A stretch of DNA of 64,000 nucleotides. Origin: Vicugna vicugna (taxonomy: Eukaryota). The notes beneath the pieces were generated by a model, which ran no database searches, had not been told where the DNA came from, and saw nothing but the letters and a program-made list of their open reading frames with translations. Positions 1 to 64,000 of the stretch are shown here, in pieces. Numbering within the stretch: position 1 is the stretch's first letter; the number at the start of each line of letters is the position of its first letter. The stretch is from contig MU058039.1 of assembly GCA_013265495.1 (NCBI GenBank), positions 1,056,591 through 1,120,590 on the forward strand, read 5' to 3'. A program made the position numbers and the translations under genes.

Positions 1-43233
<43,233 letters not shown>

Positions 43234-43351
43234 GACACCCACAGCTGGCCCTTCACTCCCACTTCAAGTGCCTTATTCTTACAGCAAGCCCGTTAGTCCC
43301 CAAATCCCTCCTCCCAAGGCCGCTGGGGGAGAGGTGACCATGTGCTGTAGA

Positions 43352-43357
43352 AATAAA
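43352..43357 (+). terminator. RYR1: RYR1 polyadenylation signal
   Basis: AATAAA about 120 nt after the stop, followed by GT-rich sequence. Confidence 0.88.
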
Positions 43358-43483
43358 GTCTGTGCTACATCCCTGATGTTGTACTGGATTGTTGAAATTT
43401 GGGGGGGTCAGTAGGCATCCAGGAATTCTGCCCTCCTCCCCTCCCCCCAGAAAACCAAGATGACAGCAGAGGCTAAAATCACG

Positions 43484-43489
43484 TTTATT
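43484..43489 (-). terminator. MAP4K1: MAP4K1 polyadenylation signal
   Basis: TTTATT on + (AATAAA on -) about 100 nt after the MAP4K1 stop. Confidence 0.85.
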
Positions 43490-43587
43490 GGGAGACACGG
43501 GCATGTCATGATCACTATATTGTGTCCACTGGGGAGGGGAGGGGGTGCAGAGACTGATTCCTAACACCCACCCCCAACCCCAGGGAC

Positions 43588-58654
<15,067 letters not shown>

Positions 58655-59379
58655 TCAGGGCTCGGAGTGCTGGCACCTCCCTCCCTCCCCACACGCCCTG
58701 CACCCGTCTTGCCTCCACCGGCTGTGGCCTTCCCCCTCCCCACTCTCGCTTCCTGCCCCAGCAGGGCTGTGCGGCCGGCTCCACCCCCTGTCCCCTGGGC
58801 CCTGAAATCCTGTGAGAGGCAGCTTGCCTCGGGACCCAGGGGACCCCCCTCCACCTCCAAGGCCGTGGGCTTAATGTAAACCAGATGCAAACTATCTTAA
58901 TTATGACCTGGGGTGGGAGGGTGCCCTAACACTCCCTCCCTCGTTCTGGGCGGCAGCTAAAAACTGTAGTTGAACCTCTGCTGAGTGCTTGAGACTTTGG
59001 CCACAACCGGTAGATGGCAGGTCTGCACGGGGATGACCATGCAGTGTACATTACTGTCCCGGGGTGGTGGGGGGTGGGGCTCATAAGGCACTTAGTGGTA
59101 ACCCCCTGTGCAGTGTGAAGACCAGTCAACGTGCACATGTCTGGATACCCGTGTGCGTACATGTGGATGTACCCAGAGCATATACCTCCACATAAATGAC
59201 ACACGCATGTGCTTTCATGCCTGCAGTGTGCAGAACCTGTACACACATGTGGTGCTCGCTCTCACCCACAAGACAGGAGCCTATGGGGACTGGGCGTGAT
59301 CTGGCGGGGTCCAGGAGCCCCTCACCCCTGTCCCTGACAGGCAGAGCACAACAGCTTTGCAGGCCCCTAACCCTGGCGT

Positions 59380-60080
59380 CAGGGTGCAGCGTGGGGACCG
59401 GGTTCAGGACTTGAAATTGTGGAGCTCAGATCTTGCTTTAGGGACCATGGCGTGAGGCAATGGGGACCTCAAAAAGCACCTTCCTCGGGACTTGGCCATG
59501 GCCCAAAGGGAGACTAATACGTGCATTCCAGCACAGCTTTTGAGTTCACGGTAGCGAGCAACGCGACGTCCGTGCACGCCGTCAGAGATCCGTCTCCTTC
59601 CCTGGCAGCTCGTGCGCACACCGCAGGCACTAGAAAAGGGTACGCGAGGCCCGGGAAAACCTTAGCCCCGCCTCCTCGGCACCATCCCTCGAGAAGGCGC
59701 CTGCGCACTTGGCTAGACCCGGCTTTTTCTCACGCCGTTGATGCTGCTCGGGTAGAGCATACACGCACGCGCTAACTGCGCCTGCTGGGGAGAAGTCATG
59801 TGACAGCCGGAAAGCGTGGCAGCCGCCGCAAGAACCTCCGCCCTTCATCACCCTCCCCCGGGCTGCAGCGAAAACAATGACGTAGTTTCCGTTTCCACCA
59901 ACTTTTCCTTTTCCGGTCCTCGAGGAGTCCGCGCCGGCCCGGTCTGCGGCTTCACCCCGGGTGTGGGAGGCGACGGAATCATGGCGATGTTTGAGCAGAT
60001 GAGAGCAAACGTGGGCAAGTTGCTCAAGGGTATCGACAGGTCTGAGTTCGGTCGTAGGGAGCGCTTCTGGCCAAGCGGGG
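59380..60080. promoter_or_regulatory. CpG-island promoter of EIF3K, in the divergent MAP4K1/EIF3K interval
   Basis: CpG-rich; GC box about 59666, NRF1-like GCGCCTGCGCA 59697-59707, GTCATGTGAC 59795-59804, CCGGAA 59807, TGACGT 59878, pyrimidine run CTTTTCCTTTTCC 59902-59914. Confidence 0.8.
59981..60039 (+). CDS. EIF3K: EIF3K exon 1 coding part
   Basis: ATG in atcATGG context, 59 nt, donor GTCTGA. Confidence 0.96.
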
Positions 60081-63000
60081 TGGAGGAGAGGATTTTCTGG
60101 AGTCAGTAAGGGGTGGTCAGTCCTGGGCTTGCCCTGGGGTTCTCACCTATCATCCTGGAGGAGATGTTTAAGGAAATAGCACTGCAAAGACCTAAAGGCA
60201 GAAGATAGCGTTTCCTACCGCCAGTCTCCCCTTTAATTGCCTTAATGTCTCTCTGTGTCTGCTCCTCAGTCTCTTCGTGTCTCTTAGTGCCTCTTTATCT
60301 CTCCCTTCCTTCACCTCTCTCATATTATTCATTTAACACATGTTTACTAAAATCTAGTCTGTCAGTGCTGAGCAATGCTGCAGACCACAGTTGACCAAGA
60401 CAGCCGCAGGCCATGCTTTCATGGAGTTCCCAGTTCAGAATCCAAACAAACCAAGTAGCTAGTTAGAACCAGTAGTGGTCAGGGTGTGATGAGGGGAGCT
60501 AGGCAGGAGAGGACGGGCCTAGACCAGAATGTGATCTGGGGAGGGAAGGTAAGGGTGGGTAGCAAAGATGTCTAGGAGGCTAGGTATACAGCCTGCAATG
60601 ACTTGCTGTCTGAAAGGTTGAGGAGGCAACCTAGAAAAGACCCAAGGCTCTGATGCAGTTTAGAGCTTTGGCTTAGGTCTGGGGTGTGGATAAGTTTTAT
60701 TAGAAATTATAGAGCTGATTCAGTATTTGGGTAGAGCCTAAGTGGCCAGTGACAGAGCTAAAGAAAGGGAAGAAAGGAAGAGAGAGAGGAGCAGGCTACA
60801 GTGACCCTCCTCCCTGGCCCCGTAGAGTAACTGAGCTCAACTCCTGTCTCCTCCCTGTTCATCCATCTTTATTCTCTAGGTACAATCCTGAGAATCTGGC
60901 CACCCTGGAGCGCTATGTGGAGACACAGGCCAAGGAGAATGCCTATGATCTGGAAGCCAACCTGGCTGTCCTAAAGCTGTGAGTTTCTACCTCCATTCCC
61001 ACCCCCATGCCAGTAGCCAGCAGGGTGCCACTCACAACACTGGGTGGGTGGGAGTTGGGGTAGCCTGCAGGGTGTGGCTATTTTTTTTTTCTAATTGAAG
61101 TATGGTTGATTTACAATATTACATTAGCCTCAGATGTGAAACATAGTGGTTAAGTATTTTTATAGACTATATTTTATTTAAAGTTATAAAATATCAGTTA
61201 TATTCATGTGCTGTACATTATCCTTGTATCTTACTTATTTTATACCTAGTATTTCATACCTCTTAATCCCCTTCCCCTGTCTTTGCCTCTCCTCAACCAC
61301 ACTCCCCTCTGGTAACCACTAGTTCTCTGTATCTGTGAGTCTCTCTGTTTTGTTACATTCATTTGTTTTATTTATTATTTTTTAGATTCCACATGTAAGT
61401 CGAAACATACAGTATTTGTCTTCTTTTGATTCATTTCACTAAGCATAATAGCCTCGAGGTCCATTCATGTTGTTGCAAATGGCAAAATTTCATTCTTCTA
61501 TGGCTGAGTGATATTCCATTTTATTTGTGTTTAGGTGTCACATTGTCTTTATTGATTCATTTGTTGATGGACACTTAGGTTGTTTCCATATTTTGGCTGT
61601 TGTAAATAGTGCTGCTGTGAAAATGTGCATATATCTTTTGGAATTAGTATTTTTGTTTTCTTTGGATATATAGTCGTGAGTGGAATTGCTGGGTCACGTG
61701 GTAGTTCTGTTTTTAATTTTGTGGGGAACTTCCATCCTGTTTTCCAAAGTGGCTGCACCAGTTTACATTTCCACCAACAAGAGTTCTCTCTTCTCCACAC
61801 CTTCACCAACATTTTGTTGTTTGTTGCCTTTTTGACGATAGCCATTCTGGCAGCTGTGAAGTAATATCTTATGGTGGTTTTGATTTGAATTTCCCTGATG
61901 ATTAGCAGCGTCGAACATCTTTTCATGTGTCTGTTGGCCATCTGTACATCTTTGGGAAAATGTCTGTTCAGGTCTTCTGCCCTCTTTTTTAACAGGGTGG
62001 TTTCTTTTTGTTTGTTTGGTTTGGTTTATTTCGGATTTTGGTATTGAGTTGTATGAACTCGTATATTTTGGATAAGATGTGGCTTCCTTTGATGTGCAGG
62101 ATTAGGAAGCCAAGGAAGTTGGGGCAGGAGGAGGGATGGCTTTTTAAAAATTGGTTATAAAACATAAAGGCTAGTACATAAATACAGAGTTCAACAAGTG
62201 ATTGTAAATGAACACCCACACGATCACCATCCAAATTGCAAAGCTTTGTGTTGCTGGCGCCCCTCGTCCTTTGTCCCATATGCTTTGTGCCAACCACCCC
62301 CACCCTGTTCACCACCTTTATGCTCTCACGGCCCAGCTTTATGTGGGTTTACCGCACACGTGTGCGTCCTGGTTAGCTTAGCTCAGGTTTGCCTGCTCTG
62401 AACTGGGAGCTCTCCTGGCATCTTCCAGTCAGCCCTGGGTTTGTGAGATCCATCCCCTCTCTGTGTGGATGTGATTTGTTTGTTGTCATGGCTGTATAGT
62501 GTTCCATGTGGGACTGTTCTCCTGCTGGCGGACGTTTGATTTCTTCCGCCTCGGTGCTTTATTGATTTTTACAGATTGCATTTTTTGCTCGGTTTTGACC
62601 TGTAAAATGGAAATAACGGTGCTTGTGTTTGTGAGGTTGTTACTGGTGATAACACTGCTGAGAGAGTGCTCCCCACGTGGTAGCTTCTGTGCTGTAAGCT
62701 TTGGTGTATGAACTCTCTTAGGTGCTGTATGGCCCTTGTGAGGTAGATCTGGTTGTTACTGTCCCCTCGTGCAAGAGAGGAAACTGATGCACAGAGAGTT
62801 TAAGATAAGTAGTCCAAGGTCACTCAGCAGTGAAGTTTAACCCCAGGCAGTCTGTCTCCAGAGCCTTGACCGCTGTTCCGGACTGCTATTTAGGTGTTCA
62901 TTTGTTTGTGAATCACTGGACATTGTCTGCCTTACTGAGTGGCTGTGAAGATTAAATGTCGCCATCTACACAGCAGGAGAGTAGTAGGGTCAGGGAGGTT

Positions 63001-63274
63001 AAGGTCACACAGGCAGAGATTGGCGTGAATAGGATTGGAGCCCAGGCATGTCTGGCTCCCAGACTCTGGGCTGAAGCAGTGGGCAGCCTGCCCTGGTGAG
63101 GCCCAGGGACCTGGGCATGCCTCTGCTACTGTGTCCCTCCTTCCCCTTCTCAGGTACCAGTTCAACCCAGCCTTCTTTCAGACCACGGTCACCGCCCAGA
63201 TCCTGCTGAAGGCCCTCACCAACCTACCCCACACCGACTTCACGCTGTGCAAGTGTATGATCGACCAGGCACAC
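59981..63274 (+). CDS. EIF3K: Eukaryotic translation initiation factor 3 subunit K, exons 1-3 (3'-partial)
   Basis: [93 protein letters not shown]. Confidence 0.98.
60880..60978 (+). CDS. EIF3K: EIF3K exon 2
   Basis: 99 nt, AG/GTGAGT. Confidence 0.96.
61061..62080 (-). mobile_element. LINE-1 3' fragment in EIF3K intron 2
   Basis: Poly(T) start; ORF 61549..61941 ([23 protein letters not shown]) is the L1 ORF2 C-terminus. Confidence 0.92.
63154..63274 (+). CDS. EIF3K: EIF3K exon 3
   Basis: 121 nt, followed by GTATCCTT. Confidence 0.95.
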
Positions 63275-63282
63275 GTATCCTT
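63275..63282 (+). other. EIF3K: U12-type (minor spliceosome) 5' splice site of EIF3K intron 3
   Basis: GTATCCTT matches the U12 donor consensus. Confidence 0.9.
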
Positions 63283-64000
63283 CCCGCTCCCGGGCCGGGT
63301 GTGGGGGAGGGCAGGTGAACTCACGGGAAAGTGGTCGGAGTTCAGCCTCGGACACCGAGTGCCTGCTCTGGGCTTAGTCCAGCGCTGGCTGGGGCTGGGG
63401 CGCTGTGGAGGCCGAGGCAGGCCCAGCCCTGTCCTCACCGAGCTCACCGTTCAGTTGTGGGGACCCGTCCCCTGTCAGTGACAGCCTGGAATAGTCAGGG
63501 CTGAGGGTTACAGGAGCCAGAGGAGGCACCTGACCCTGCCTGGATGTGTGGAAGGCGTCCTGGAGGAGGGAAGGTCTGAGAGATGAGGAGTTGGGTGATG
63601 TGGTAGGGAAGGGTGATCCAGGCAGAGGGAACAGTATGCAGGGAAAGAAGGAGGAAAAGAATTGCTTGGTGCTATGTTTTAGAAGTAGTAGAGGAAGTTC
63701 CATACAGCTGTGCCCCAGATGTCAAAGTGGAATTCGGTCAGTTTCAAAAAGGGCACTGGGGAGCCGTGGGAGCTTTCAAGCTGCAGAGGTATATGGGTGG
63801 ACTCATGCTCTAGAAAGAGTCCCACGAGGGTTCCCAGCTGGGTAAAGGCAGGAGACAGGAGGGGCTGGGGGCTGGAGCAGGAGCTGGGAGGAGCCAGCTT
63901 GTCCGCTGACCTTCAGCATATGTGTCCTCAGGGCCTGGCGCAGCATCTATCCGGCCCGGTGCTGGCCTTCAGTGAAGAAATGCTGAGGGAAAGTCAGTGA

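Noticed and set aside
61549..61941. 130-aa ORF in EIF3K intron 2 (also 20282..20518 and 26420..26836)
   Set aside because: Decayed LINE-1 ORF2 or 3'UTR sequence.

Overview
Mammalian genomic DNA. The repeated tRNA-derived SINE resembles camelid Vic-1, so the source is probably a camel, alpaca or relative. The window holds the conserved RYR1-MAP4K1-EIF3K block. (1) The 3' part of RYR1 (+ strand; 35 exons, human-equivalent 72-106; stop TGA 43231-43233; AATAAA 43352). (2) All of MAP4K1/HPK1 (- strand; ATG 58609 to stop 43588; 31 exon positions), tail-to-tail with RYR1. (3) EIF3K exons 1-3 (+ strand; ATG 59981), head-to-head with MAP4K1, with a U12-type donor after exon 3. Introns carry L1, L2, MIR, MLT and DNA-transposon fossils. 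All exon boundaries and phases were checked by hand. Two lesions stand out: RYR1 exon 91 has lost about 124 nt and is frameshifted (probably an assembly artefact), and MAP4K1 exon 18 has lost its 3' end and donor and reads into TAG (artefact or real allele). Other leads are a 310-nt AG-exclusion zone with a distant branch point before the RYR1 ASII microexon, an L2-tail array with nine AATAAA abutting exon 85, two intronic NF-Y/Sp1 promoter-like modules, and a candidate Mutator-like transposon fossil. I found no convincing novel multi-gene system. Exon numbers, human comparisons and repeat family names are from memory and were not searched.
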